A stretch of DNA of 64,000 bases. Source: an uncultured delta proteobacterium. Lineage in GTDB: Bacteria > Desulfobacterota > Desulfobacteria > Desulfobacterales > JAFDCJ01. How positions within the stretch are numbered: position 1 is the stretch's first letter; each line of letters begins with the position of its first letter. Under the pieces are notes generated by a model. The model saw nothing but the letters and a program-made list of their open reading frames with translations, did no database searches and was not told the origin of the DNA. Both the position numbers and the translations under genes were made by a program. The stretch is taken from NCBI GenBank assembly GCA_963769935.1, contig CAVYNY010000011.1:96001-160000 (forward strand), in the 5' to 3' direction. Below, piece after piece: positions 21,205 through 31,160 of this stretch.

Positions 21205-22437
21205 CTACTGCAAGTAAATCCAGCCGAAGAGACACGACAGTGAAACCACCGTTACCGGAATTCCCACCCTGGCATGTTCCCTAAAGCCGATTTCAACGCC
21301 AAGACTTTTAGCCTGCTCGATAACGATCAGATTTGCAATGCTGCCGATAACAATCAAATTGCCCGCAAATGTCGATGAAACCGCCAGGGTGTACCATTGA
21401 ACGTGGTCGGCAGGATCCAGAAAGCGGGTCAGCAGCATGGTTGCCGGGACATTGCTGACTAAATTGCTCAAAAGAGCGGACACGCCGGTGAGGATGAACA
21501 GGTTTTGCAGCTCAAATCCCTTCGCGTTTAATATACCCACAATTAAGGCCGGCACATTTGCCGATGCCAGACCCTGAACGACTACGAACAATGCACAGAA
21601 AAGGGTTATCAGGTGCCAATCAATCAGCTCCAGCATCTGACGCGATTTCATGTGGCGGCTGCACAGCAAGAACCCGGCGACTGCAATAGCGGAAAGTTCG
21701 CGGGGAATCGAAGTGAAAAACAAGGCAACCAGAACAGTGGCAGCCGAAAGACCTTTGATGCTCTGCCATTCATTAAGATGCGGCCAGCGGGGATTGCGCT
21801 CAGAGGAAGGCGGTTGGTGATAATGCGTGAATCCTTGGCGATAAAACCAGCAAATTAAACCATAGCCCACCGCCAGCGCCAGCACTGTGGGCGGGGCGCA
21901 CCAGGCCAGAAATTGTCCGAAGTGCAGCCGCCCCACTTGGCCGATCAGCATATTCTGGGGGTTGCCGATAATGGTGGCGGCCGAACCGATATTGCTGGAA
22001 ATGGCCAGAGCCAATAAAAAGGGCAGGGGATTCAGGCGGGCGTTCAACAGGGAAATCGTAAGAACCGGCGTGAACGCCAGGCAGATGATGTCATTGGCCA
22101 ATACGGCCGAAAGTACCGCGCTGGTTGCCATCATCAGCGCTAGAAAAAATCGGGGATGCGCCAGCCAAGCGGTCATGCGAAATCCCACCCAGGTATAAAA
22201 GCCGCCTAGGCGCAGCTGGGCCGAAAGGACCATCAATGCATAAAGCAGGATAATGGTCGGCAGGTCTACGGCGGCAACGGCGTTATCAATCGGTACCGCG
22301 CCGCTGACCACCATGGCGATGGCGCCCAGCAGAGCGATACCGGTGCGGTCGATACCTAAACCGGGGATCCGGCCGAAGGCAACCCCCACGTAAGTAAGTA
22401 TAAATATAGCAACCACAAAGATGGAACCATTTTCCAT
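21205..22437 (-). CDS. Anion transporter (ArsB/NhaD/CitM, IT superfamily)
   Basis: DRTGIALLGA, SA.L.ND, SSNIGSAATIIGNPQN, SNLVSNVPA, STFAGNL..GSIANLIV. Confidence 0.9.
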   Translation of the reverse strand: MENGSIFVVAIFILTYVGVAFGRIPGLGIDRTGIALLGAIAMVVSGAVPIDNAVAAVDLPTIILLYALMVLSAQLRLGGFYTWVGFRMTAWLAHPRFFLALMMATSAVLSAVLANDIICLAFTPVLTISLLNARLNPLPFLLALAISSNIGSAATIIGNPQNMLIGQVGRLHFGQFLAWCAPPTVLALAVGYGLICWFYRQGFTHYHQPPSSERNPRWPHLNEWQSIKGLSAATVLVALFFTSIPRELSAIAVAGFLLCSRHMKSRQMLELIDWHLITLFCALFVVVQGLASANVPALIVGILNAKGFELQNLFILTGVSALLSNLVSNVPATMLLTRFLDPADHVQWYTLAVSSTFAGNLIVIGSIANLIVIEQAKSLGVEIGFREHARVGIPVTVVSLSCLFGWIYLQ

Positions 22438-22698
22438 TTTTTTTTGCCGGTGTAAAAATGAAACTTGGGAAATCAAATACCCGAAACCTGTCAATACCAG
22501 CCCCCATCCGACAGTACCTTGGCTGAAAAATCCCCAGGCAGACGCAACAACATGGATCAGGCCATAGAGGGATAGAATGAGTGGGATGGATGGATATATC
22601 AGGAAATAGTTACAATAGTCAAACATGGCAAAGACGAATAAGAAAACGGCGAGGATGGTGAGCAGCCAGTGAGGAATGAATAAATTGAATATATCGAA

Positions 22699-23082
22699 TT
22701 ATTTTTTCTTATTCAACAGGTCTTTGAGATTGGCGAAAGGATTATCGAGTGCGGCTGGCGGCTGGTCCTCATCCGGTGCGGCCGGGTCGTACCATCCCTG
22801 ATCCAGATAGCGCGAGTGTTCGTTGTCGTGGCAGTAGATACAGAGCAGCTCCCAGTTGCTTCCGTCCGGCGGGTTGTTGTCGTGGTTGTGGTCCTTATGA
22901 TGGACCGTGAGTTCGCGACGTTTCTTGCCTTCAAATTCCCGCCCGCACCGCGCACAGACCCAGGGAAAAATCTTGAGCGCCTGCTCCCGATACCCTTGCT
23001 CCCGCTGCAGGCGGTCGCGCCGCGCCTCGGCTACGATCCGGTCCATTTTGTCCGGGTCTAATTGTTTGTTTTTCGATGACAT
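22699..23082 (-). CDS. yajD: YajD family HNH nuclease
   Basis: YREQALKIFPWVCARCGREF, LTVHHKDHNHDNNPPDGSNWELLC.YCHDNEH. Confidence 0.9.
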   Translation of the reverse strand: MSSKNKQLDPDKMDRIVAEARRDRLQREQGYREQALKIFPWVCARCGREFEGKKRRELTVHHKDHNHDNNPPDGSNWELLCIYCHDNEHSRYLDQGWYDPAAPDEDQPPAALDNPFANLKDLLNKKK

Positions 23083-23092
23083 ATCTTCAAGA

Positions 23093-23599
23093 TCACCCTT
23101 CGACAGTCATAAATTGTTCTTTTGGCGCGCCGCAGATCGGACACTTATCGGGAATTTTTTTGTCCGTTACATAACCGCAAACCTGGCAGATGTGATAGGC
23201 TTTTACTTCATTTTTAATCACATGGTAAATGGCGCGTTCATATAATTTTGCATGAAAGGCTTCGGCATCTCTGGCCTGGCTGAATGCCAGTGCCGCAGCC
23301 GCCTCACCGTCCTCTTCAGCAGCCTTCAGGAACTCCGGGTATTCATTTTCACTGATTGACTTCTCACGCTGAAAAGATTTCTCCAAATTCGTGTCGGTAT
23401 CCTTAACGACTATATCCTTGACCAGGTTTAAATGACGCGTCGCATGAACTTTCTCCGCTTCGGCGATGGCCCGAAACAACAGCGCAATTTGGGGAACCTG
23501 CTCCTCCTCCGCCTTTCGGGCATATGCCAGCAGTCTGAAATAAGCCTTTGCCTCCCCGATGAAAGCGGTATGTATATTTTCTGCGGTCCTTTTTTCCAT
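23093..23599 (-). CDS. Rubrerythrin family protein
   Basis: AF.GE, AEAE.VHA, AE.FH and C-terminal CQVCGY...CPICGA. Confidence 0.92.
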   Translation of the reverse strand: MEKRTAENIHTAFIGEAKAYFRLLAYARKAEEEQVPQIALLFRAIAEAEKVHATRHLNLVKDIVVKDTDTNLEKSFQREKSISENEYPEFLKAAEEDGEAAAALAFSQARDAEAFHAKLYERAIYHVIKNEVKAYHICQVCGYVTDKKIPDKCPICGAPKEQFMTVEG

Positions 23600-23716
23600 T
23601 AAATCCCTCCGGCCCTTGAAAATTTCCCGGATTAACCCGGTCTTCAGACGGAAGCCTCCCCGCTGCCGGGATAACCGGTATCCCTTTCCAGCGGACCGGA
23701 GACGCTGAGGAGAAGA

Positions 23717-24463
23717 TTATTCCTCTTTCTTGCGTTTGTCTTTTAAATATACTGATTTAGAGGGACCATCGCCTACTATGCGTTCTTCGATCTGGAATAG
23801 CTTCGTTGCCGACACCAGTTCCCCCAGCTTTTTATGGCCATAGTTTCGCGGATCGAACTCGGGCAACTGTTTGGCGATATTGCTGCCTACGGATCCAAGA
23901 TTGGCCCACCCGCTGTCATCCGAAGATGCTTCGACGGCGTTTCTTAATAAACTGATAAGTTTCGTATCCTGCTTGAGCTCATTGGTTGTTTTGCGGCGGA
24001 TGGTCTCGCTGTCGTCATCTTTGGACCGCAGCACTTCCGTGAAGATAAACTTGTCGCATGCGGAAACAAATGCGCCCGGAGTTTTTTTCTCGCCGAAGCC
24101 GTAGACAAAAAGGCCGGCTTCTCTAATCCTAGAGGCCAACTTGGTAAAGTCACTGTCGCTGGATACAATGCAAAAGCCGTCGAATTTGTCCGAGTAAAGC
24201 AAATCCATGGCGTCGATAATCATGGCACTGTCGGTGGAATTTTTACCCGTAGTATACTGAAACTGCTGTATGGGTTGAATGGAAAACTGCAATAAAACTT
24301 CTTTCCACCCTTTAAGGCCCGGCTTTGTCCAGTCGCCATAGATTCGTTTGACGCTGGCGGTCCCATACTTGGCAATTTCCGACAGCAGGTCCTCGACAAT
24401 CGAAGGCTGCGCATTGTCGGCGTCAATTAATACCGCCAATTTTTCAATATTTCCGTTTGACAC
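23717..24463 (-). CDS. NYN (LabA/DUF88) domain protein with OST-HTH/LOTUS domain
   Basis: LIDADN, GKNSTD..MIIDAMDLL, SSDSDF, FDPRNYG..KL. Confidence 0.92.
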   Translation of the reverse strand: MSNGNIEKLAVLIDADNAQPSIVEDLLSEIAKYGTASVKRIYGDWTKPGLKGWKEVLLQFSIQPIQQFQYTTGKNSTDSAMIIDAMDLLYSDKFDGFCIVSSDSDFTKLASRIREAGLFVYGFGEKKTPGAFVSACDKFIFTEVLRSKDDDSETIRRKTTNELKQDTKLISLLRNAVEASSDDSGWANLGSVGSNIAKQLPEFDPRNYGHKKLGELVSATKLFQIEERIVGDGPSKSVYLKDKRKKEE

Positions 24464-24632
24464 GTTTTTCCTTTCATGATTCCAAAGCCGCCCGGCAAAA
24501 CCGCCGTTTCAAAAACCCAAAGTACCTATAGATCGATTGTATTTGAAAATCAAGAGATCTATGGTAACCGGCAATCCGCCCGTGTTTTATTTTGTTGACC
24601 CGTAAAATGTCGCTACAGCTTTCTTCCGAGCC

Positions 24633-25256
24633 TCATTCTTCAACAACCCCGGCCCTGTTCAGGCATCCCCGGCATACTTTGCGACCGTCAACGATATTCA
24701 TTTTGGAGGGCATCGTCGGCTCGCCGCACCGGGCGCAAGGTTCGGAAGGTTCGATGCGGGCTCTTGCCGGCAGTTGCAACTCCACGAACGCGATGGTGAA
24801 CAGCCGGTCCACCGGAGCCTCCAGTATATTGCAGGTGCGCTGGAAATGGAGTTCCTCAAAGCGTTTATGTTCTTCCGCGGTCTCAACGCCGCGGGTGATT
24901 TTTTGAATCAAAGCCATGTGTTCTTCATCCGGTTTGAATGCGTCGGGCTTCAGGGCCACGCGCACCCCCCGGCCTGTGTTGCGGCTTAGAAGCGTTAGGG
25001 CCATCTTCCCGTAGTCCCGGTATATAAAATTGCCTTTGCCGAAGGTGCAACCTGTGAGCACCTGTACAGCATCGGCCGAGCAGGCGTCGGTCTCTACGAC
25101 GGCCACGATTTCCTCGTCCGCGGCTCGTTTTTCCTGCAGCCGGTCCATGGCAGTATGGGCCGCTCGGTAGCCGATGGACAGTCCGGGGCAGACATGGCCG
25201 TGAAACGCCGCGCATCGTTGGAAGTCTTCGCTTTCAATTATGTCTTGGGCTTTCAT
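24633..25256 (-). CDS. FmdE/FwdE family protein with C-terminal zinc finger
   Basis: FHGHVCPG, ETDAC.ADAVQ..TGCTFGKGN, CARCGE...CRGC. Confidence 0.92.
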   Translation of the reverse strand: MKAQDIIESEDFQRCAAFHGHVCPGLSIGYRAAHTAMDRLQEKRAADEEIVAVVETDACSADAVQVLTGCTFGKGNFIYRDYGKMALTLLSRNTGRGVRVALKPDAFKPDEEHMALIQKITRGVETAEEHKRFEELHFQRTCNILEAPVDRLFTIAFVELQLPARARIEPSEPCARCGEPTMPSKMNIVDGRKVCRGCLNRAGVVEE

Positions 25257-25826
25257 ATGTCGGTATCCTTTCGATGCGGGACTCAATCCATGTTCCCTTG
25301 TTTTGGCGCTTGCACGGCGCCTTCGGTAAACCCGCATTTTTTAGCGCAACCGGTTTATCCGTATGATTATATGGCATTTTTTGGCCTAAAGTTCAATGAC
25401 TTTAATTGTTTCACTAAGAAAATGCGCTGCTTTCAGCGGTTGTAATTCTGAGTAAAGCGAATCAAAAGCGGATGATAGTCTGATTTTATTCTCTGGCCGG
25501 TGCCATCCATATAAAAACAGATCTCATTCCGCCAACCCAGTATTCCAACATTCCAGGGTTTCATCATTCCATCCCGCTGCAAGCGGGATTTACTGCACAG
25601 CCACTCTTTTTTGATCTGGCCGGGGGAATCAGGTGTTCAATGGTAGCATAACAAAAGATTCAAACCTTAAACCGCGAATTGATCGGAGCGGATTTCGGCG
25701 GCTCGATTGGTTTTGACCGGAAGGCGGCAATGATTATTGGTCTTGCTTGAATTTTTTAAAAAGAGACTTAGCCTAAATGCACAGCGCCAAAATAATTCCT
25801 GAAGTCGTATCCCAAGCGGATAGCCC

Positions 25827-27177
25827 ATGTCAAAGTCATCGACAACTTATTCTGACTTGCAAGACGGTTGGTCCTACCGATTGCGTCAGCGGATAAGACG
25901 GCTGGCGGTGGTTGAGCCCGGAGAGATGCGGGCGCTCTTCTGGTCGTTTACTTACTTTTTTGCACTCCTGTGCAGTTACTACATCATTCGCCCCATGCGC
26001 GATGAGATGGGCATTGCGGGCGGAGTCGATAAACTGCAGTGGATGTTTACCGGAACTTTTCTGGCCATGCTGGCCTCAGTGCCGCTTTTCGGCTGGGTGG
26101 CCAAACGATTTCCCGTGCGACGGTTCCTGCCCTATGTATACTATTTTTTTATCGCCGACCTGATGCTGTTCTTTGCGTTGTTCAAATCGAATGTAGCGGA
26201 TGCCTATGTTGCGCGAGCATTTTTCATCTGGACCAGCGTCTTCAATTTGTTCATCGTCTCAGTCTTCTGGAGTTTCATGACGGATATCTTCAACAACGAT
26301 CAGGCCCGACGGCTGTTCGGCATTATTGCGGCCGGCGGAACCGCCGGCGCCTTAACCGGTCCGGTTCTTACAGCCGCCCTGGTCAGTCGTCTGGGGCCTT
26401 CGAATATGCTGCATGATCTCGGTTGCCTTTCTGGCGGTTGCGGTCGGGTGCATTCACCGGATCATTGCCTGGAAAAATACCATCCGTAAGTATTCCGGTG
26501 ATACGCAAGAGCCTCCTGAAGCCGGCCGGGACCAGGCCATCGGGGGGAGCATCCTGGCCGGTATCCGCCTGGTTTTCAGCTCGTCGTATTTGGCCGGAAT
26601 TTGCCTGCTCATCCTGCTGTATACGACACTGTCGACCTTTTTATACTTTCAGCAGGCCCAGATCGTACGCGACAGTTTTAACGACCCGGCCAACCGGACC
26701 GCCATTTTCGCCGCAATGGATTTTTCCGTGAATTTCCTGACCATTGTCGCCCAGTTGCTTCTGACTTCGCGCATCGTCCGCAAATGGGGCCTAAGCTGGG
26801 CCCTGGCCTTAATCCCGCTTTTGCTGGGGATCGGATTTCTGCTGTTGGGAATGATGCCGACCATCAGCATTTTGATAACCGTGCAGGTCCTGCGCCGGGC
26901 CGGCAACTATGCCGTGATGCGGCCGGCGCGCGAAATGCTTTACGTCGTATTGGGAAAGGAAGAAAAATACAAGGCCAAAAATTTTATTGACACCGTTGTC
27001 TACCGCGGCGGGGATGTTGTCAGCGCCTGGGCCTATACCGGACTGAAAGCCACGGGATTAAACCTGGCTGCGATTGCACTGGTTGCGTTTCCGCTGGCAG
27101 GGGTCTGGGCCTGGATATCGTTTAAGCTGGGAAAGCGGCAGACGGAACTGGCCCGGCAAACAAGCCCCAGGCTATGA
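25827..27177 (+). CDS. MFS transporter of the NTT/AAA (ATP:ADP antiporter-like) family, frameshift near 26412
   Basis: YY..RP.RD, FNLF.VS.FWS, RP.RE.LY, KYKAKNFIDT.VYRGGD; two overlapping ORFs join if one base is removed. Confidence 0.85.
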
Positions 27178-27317
27178 CTTAGTACATAGTTTCATAAATA
27201 CGGCGTGGTGAAAAAATATCACTAATACGTCACCGTAATTAGGGATTAGAGCACTTAATAACAACTCACTCCTGGATGTGCACTGCGATGTCCGGTTGGG
27301 AGTATCTGGAGGTACCA

Positions 27318-28256
27318 ATGATAAACAACAGAACACAGGGGCTGAGCCGCCGCCAGTTCATGCAGGGCTTAGGTCTGTTATCGGCCGGCATTGCAATGAT
27401 GCCGAAAAAAATATTCGGTGAGAGCCGCGAACCCATTACCCACGCTATTCCATCCACCGGCGAACGCCTTCCGGTTATCGGGATGGGAACCTCCCGCACC
27501 TTTGATGTCGGAAATGATCCGGCCGGCATGGCGCAGTTGAGCCAGGTGCTGCAGGTCTTTTTCGACAACGGCGGGACTGTGATTGATACTTCGCCGATGT
27601 ACGGCACGTCCGAGATGGTGATCGGCGAGCTGCTGAAAAAGATCCCAAATAAAACGAAACTCTTTGCGGCGACCAAAGTCTGGATCGACGGAAAACAAAA
27701 CGGCATTGAACAGATGCAGGAATCGATGCGGCTCATGGGGGTTGCGGTCATGGACCTCATCCAGATTCACAATTTGCGGGATTGGAAAACCCACCTGCCG
27801 ACTCTGAGACAATGGAAGCAGGAGGGCAAGATACGCTATATCGGCATCACCACTTCCCACGGGCGATTTCATGCTGAACTGGAGCAGATCATGCGGACTG
27901 AGGATTTGGATTTTGTTCAATTCACTTACAATATCGGCAACCGCGCCGCGGAGGACAGTTTGCTGCCCCTGGCGGCTGAGCGGGGCATGGCAACCCTGAT
28001 CAACCGTCCCTTTCAGCGCGGCAGTCTATTTCGCGAAGTTAAGGGCCACGACTTGCCGGAATGGGCCAAGGAATTTGACTGTAAAAGCTGGGGACAATTT
28101 TTCCTTAAATTTGTTGTCTCGCACCCGGCCGTCACCTGTGTGATTCCGGCCACTGCCAACGTGAACCACATGGCAGATAACATGGCGGCCAATTTCGGCA
28201 GGCTGCCTTCTGCATCCATGCGCAAACGCATGCTGGCGTATTTTTCATCACTATGA
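27318..28256 (+). CDS. Aldo/keto reductase with Tat signal peptide
   Basis: SRRQFM twin-arginine signal; IGMGT, IDTSPMYG, ATKVW, DLIQIHN. Confidence 0.92.
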   Translation: MINNRTQGLSRRQFMQGLGLLSAGIAMMPKKIFGESREPITHAIPSTGERLPVIGMGTSRTFDVGNDPAGMAQLSQVLQVFFDNGGTVIDTSPMYGTSEMVIGELLKKIPNKTKLFAATKVWIDGKQNGIEQMQESMRLMGVAVMDLIQIHNLRDWKTHLPTLRQWKQEGKIRYIGITTSHGRFHAELEQIMRTEDLDFVQFTYNIGNRAAEDSLLPLAAERGMATLINRPFQRGSLFREVKGHDLPEWAKEFDCKSWGQFFLKFVVSHPAVTCVIPATANVNHMADNMAANFGRLPSASMRKRMLAYFSSL

Positions 28257-28355
28257 ACGGCTCGGGTACTTGGCAGGCCCGGCAGCGTTGAGCCCCGCAG
28301 AGGTGAAGTCAAACCCCGCCGTCGGCGGGGCCCCTGAGCAAGGATTCTTTACTCA

Positions 28356-28904
28356 TTATCGTCCGTAGTATGCAATAAGCGATGCTTTTGCGATCACATG
28401 TTGGTTCAGATTGAATCCCACCACGGGCGGCGACGTATTATCGTTTAAATCCAATTTCGACACATCAAGCGCATATACCGTGAATACGTATCTATGAGGT
28501 TTGTCTCCCGGTGGAGGGCAAGCTCCGCCAAACCCGAGGCCTCCGAAGTCGTTTCTGCTTTGGATGCTGCCTTTGGGTGCCAGGCCTTTTTGGGGATTGC
28601 CCGCATCGGCCTTGAGTTCATCGGTGTCGGCGGGGATGTTAAAAACTACCCAGTGCCACCATCCGCTCCCCGTCGGGGCATCAGGATCATATAAAGTGAC
28701 CGCAAAGCTTTTTGTGTCTTTGGGTGCATCAACCCATTTGAGAGATGGGGAAATGTTTTTTCCAGTGCAGCCGAACCCGGAAAACACCTGGTTCTCCGTC
28801 AATTGGCCGCTTAAATCATTGCTTTTCAGAGTGAATTCCTGGGCATATACGCTTTCGATGCCAAAAATTCCGAGCACAACCATCATTAAAGTGAGTTTTT
28901 TCAT
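28356..28904 (-). CDS. YbhB/YbcL family (PEBP/Raf kinase inhibitor-like) secreted protein
   Basis: Signal peptide; YDPDAPTGSGWWHW, GACPPPGD.PHRY.FTVYAL. Confidence 0.95.
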   Translation of the reverse strand: MKKLTLMMVVLGIFGIESVYAQEFTLKSNDLSGQLTENQVFSGFGCTGKNISPSLKWVDAPKDTKSFAVTLYDPDAPTGSGWWHWVVFNIPADTDELKADAGNPQKGLAPKGSIQSRNDFGGLGFGGACPPPGDKPHRYVFTVYALDVSKLDLNDNTSPPVVGFNLNQHVIAKASLIAYYGR

Positions 28905-29299
28905 GATAATTTTCCTTTCTCTTTTCGGTCCCTGACCACTTGAATTCGTCCATGGCAAGCACCAATGAATTTCTTTTTATCTCTTCAATTGACGTTCGCC
29001 AGGACCTGCAAACCTTGCGGCGTTGCGTGCTCGACCGTTTGTTCAGGCGCCGGTTTGTGATCGATTCTGTTCAGTTCGTGCAGCCGGTGTGTCCCGATGC
29101 CAGGCACCGGGTTCTTTGTCAAACAGACTCCAGAGGCAAGACTGGTCCGAGGTCACCAGTGCTTTGGGGGGAATTTTGTTTTCCTCTATTTCTTCCGGGT
29201 TGGAAACATGCAGAAACATGTGCAACCCAAATTTTCTTTTAACTTCTCGTAGCTGAAGTAACGGTTTAGCTGGCAATGGCGTGCGGCTGGTTTAGCCAA

Positions 29300-29328
29300 A
29301 AGATAAGATAGCAGTTCCGAGGTGTCAA
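29300..29328 (-). promoter_or_regulatory. Candidate sigma70 promoter, leftward
   Basis: TTGACA-N17-TATCTT on the minus strand. Confidence 0.5.
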
Positions 29329-29445
29329 GAAGAACTCGGGTGAATTGAAGCAGTTGGTCATGGGGAGCCGGCCAAACGGGGCGGGTGAAATCTGAGAGTT
29401 TTTTTCTTTTCAGTCTTGACTGTTACGCGACAGGTGCGGCTCCAC

Positions 29446-29474
29446 TTGACAGGGACGTGATATTTACCTAATCT
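29446..29474 (+). promoter_or_regulatory. Candidate sigma70 promoter of the kinase-nuclease/HPRT operon
   Basis: TTGACA-N17-TAATCT. Confidence 0.5.
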
Positions 29475-29501
29475 TGGTTCAGATTTCCGGTGGAGAATGC
29501 A

Positions 29502-30524
29502 ATGGCCGTAATTACGATATCCAGAGATCCCGGTGCTTCCGGTGAAGAGATCGCGGCCCGTCTGGCCGGCAGGCTTGGGTTTGTGCTCATTGACAAATCG
29601 CACCTCGTCCGGCTCTGGCAAGAATCGGATTTGGACGAGATGAGCCTGGCCAGGGTGGACGAGAAAATCCCGCCCGGCAGCGATGGGATCGATTCGGAAA
29701 CAGAGGCGATCCTGCGGATGCTGCCGGATCTCATTGTCCAAATGGCGGAGGATCACGATTTGATTGTACTGGGCCGAGGCGGCCAGGGACTGTTTCGCAA
29801 CCGTCCCGGGACGTTGCACGTACGCGTCGTTGCCCCGCGCAGCTTCCGGGTTGGGTACCTTCAGAACCGCGAGAAGATATCAGCCAGAGAGGCCCGGCAC
29901 CGTATCCGAACACTGGAAACCCAGCGCGCCCGCTATCTGCGGTTTTTGTACCGGCTCAACTGCGATGATGCCGAACTTTACGACCTCACCCTACGAATGG
30001 ATCGTCTTTCAACCGACCAGGCCCTGAAACTGATCGGTACGGCCGCCGATGAAATGAAGATTCGGCAGGTGCCCCGGGGCCGGATTGTCGAAAACGTGCT
30101 GCCGGAGGCGGCTGAAGACCGGGGAAAAGGCCGATTTGCCAACGTCTCCGAAGAAGAGTTTGCCTGTTATCTTCAGTTCTACGGCATTCCCTACGAATAT
30201 GAGCCGCGCAGCTTCCCCCTGAAAGTCGATGCGCAAGGCCGGGTCAGCGAGGCCTTTACACCGGATTTTTATCTGCCGCAGCAGGACCTCTATATTGAGC
30301 TTACCACCATGAAGCAAAGCCTTGTCACCCGCAAAAATCGCAAAGTCAGAAAGTTAAGGCAGCTTTATCCGGAGATCAACATTCGAATTTTTTACCAGCG
30401 CGACTTTTACCGCCTGATGGCCAAATACGGTCTGCTGGTCGGGGATGCGGGCCAGCCGAAAGCCGGACCGCCGCCGGCCTGCAATTTCCGGCCCGATTTC
30501 ACAGAAAACGGAGGATCCCGTTGA
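29502..30524 (+). CDS. Cytidylate kinase-like domain fused to a PD-(D/E)xK-like nuclease domain
   Basis: N-term VITISRDPGASGEEIA, IVLGRGG, LHVRVVAP, YDL; C-term FAN.SEEEFA..L.FYGI.YEYEP, FTPDFYLP..DLYIELTT. Confidence 0.8.
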   Translation: MAVITISRDPGASGEEIAARLAGRLGFVLIDKSHLVRLWQESDLDEMSLARVDEKIPPGSDGIDSETEAILRMLPDLIVQMAEDHDLIVLGRGGQGLFRNRPGTLHVRVVAPRSFRVGYLQNREKISAREARHRIRTLETQRARYLRFLYRLNCDDAELYDLTLRMDRLSTDQALKLIGTAADEMKIRQVPRGRIVENVLPEAAEDRGKGRFANVSEEEFACYLQFYGIPYEYEPRSFPLKVDAQGRVSEAFTPDFYLPQQDLYIELTTMKQSLVTRKNRKVRKLRQLYPEINIRIFYQRDFYRLMAKYGLLVGDAGQPKAGPPPACNFRPDFTENGGSR

Positions 30525-31078
30525 ACCGAATCGACCGGGACATCGTCGAAATTCTGATTCCCCCCGACGCCATTGAAAAACGGGTGGCCGAGATAGGTGC
30601 CGAGGTCGCCGCCGCCTACCCGGAAACGATCCCGTTGTTGATTGGGGTCCTCAAGGGAAGCATGATGTTTATGGCGGAATTGATCAAACACATCAAAATC
30701 CCGCTGGAGGTGGATTTCATGTCCCTCTTGAGCTACCGCGGATCCCGGCAATCAAGCGGCGGCGTTCGCATCGTCAAAGACCTTGACGATGCCGTCGAGG
30801 GCCGGGACCTGCTGCTGATCGAAGGTATTGTGGATACGGGCATGACCACCGGCTACATTTTGCGAAACCTGCAGGTCCGTCAGCCGCGAAGCCTGCGCCT
30901 GTGCACCTTATTGGACAAACCGGCTCGACGCATCGTTCCCGTGCCCATCGCAATTCGGGGGTTTGAAATACCGGACCGGTTTGTGGTAGGCTATGGGCTT
31001 GATTTCCAGCAGCGCTACCGCAACCTGCCCTATGTCGGCGTCTTGGAAGATGAGATTACCGGCCTTAACCGCAAATAG
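30521..31078 (+). CDS. hpt: Hypoxanthine phosphoribosyltransferase family protein (variant PRPP loop EGIVDTG)
   Basis: GVLKGS..F, DFM...SY, LLIEGIVDTGMT, LLDKP, GF.IPD.FVVGYGLD...YRNLPY; TTGA overlap with upstream stop. Confidence 0.88.
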   Translation: MNRIDRDIVEILIPPDAIEKRVAEIGAEVAAAYPETIPLLIGVLKGSMMFMAELIKHIKIPLEVDFMSLLSYRGSRQSSGGVRIVKDLDDAVEGRDLLLIEGIVDTGMTTGYILRNLQVRQPRSLRLCTLLDKPARRIVPVPIAIRGFEIPDRFVVGYGLDFQQRYRNLPYVGVLEDEITGLNRK

Positions 31079-31101
31079 GAAAATATGGGTCCGGTGGGGG
31101 G

Positions 31102-31154
31102 AAAATAAAAAAAAATTAAAAAAATATTGACACGTTAAAAATCGTGTCTAATTT
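31102..31154 (+). promoter_or_regulatory. Strong sigma70-type promoter with A-tract UP element
   Basis: A-tracts 31102-31126, TTGACA 31127-31132, N16, TAATTT 31149-31154; no ORF downstream on this strand. Confidence 0.65.
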
Positions 31155-31160
31155 GTAACT

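Noticed and set aside
22438..22698. Hydrophobic N-terminal extension of the anion transporter ORF
   Set aside because: The family motif starts at MENGS (22437). The upstream frame looks like a remnant of another membrane gene and cannot be identified.
22699..24463. YajD HNH and NYN-LOTUS nucleases as a defence island
   Set aside because: Both are widespread stand-alone families, separated by rubrerythrin, with no defence partners visible.
2770..26415. Single-base frameshifts near 2775 and 26412 as programmed frameshifting
   Set aside because: No slippery sequence or stimulatory structure. Isolated extra bases in otherwise intact genes fit sequencing/assembly indels better.
29360..29445. tRNA/tmRNA-like element (minus strand ends in CCA; 7-bp terminal stem)
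   Set aside because: No TTCRA T-loop or D-loop consensus; kept only as a generic structured candidate.
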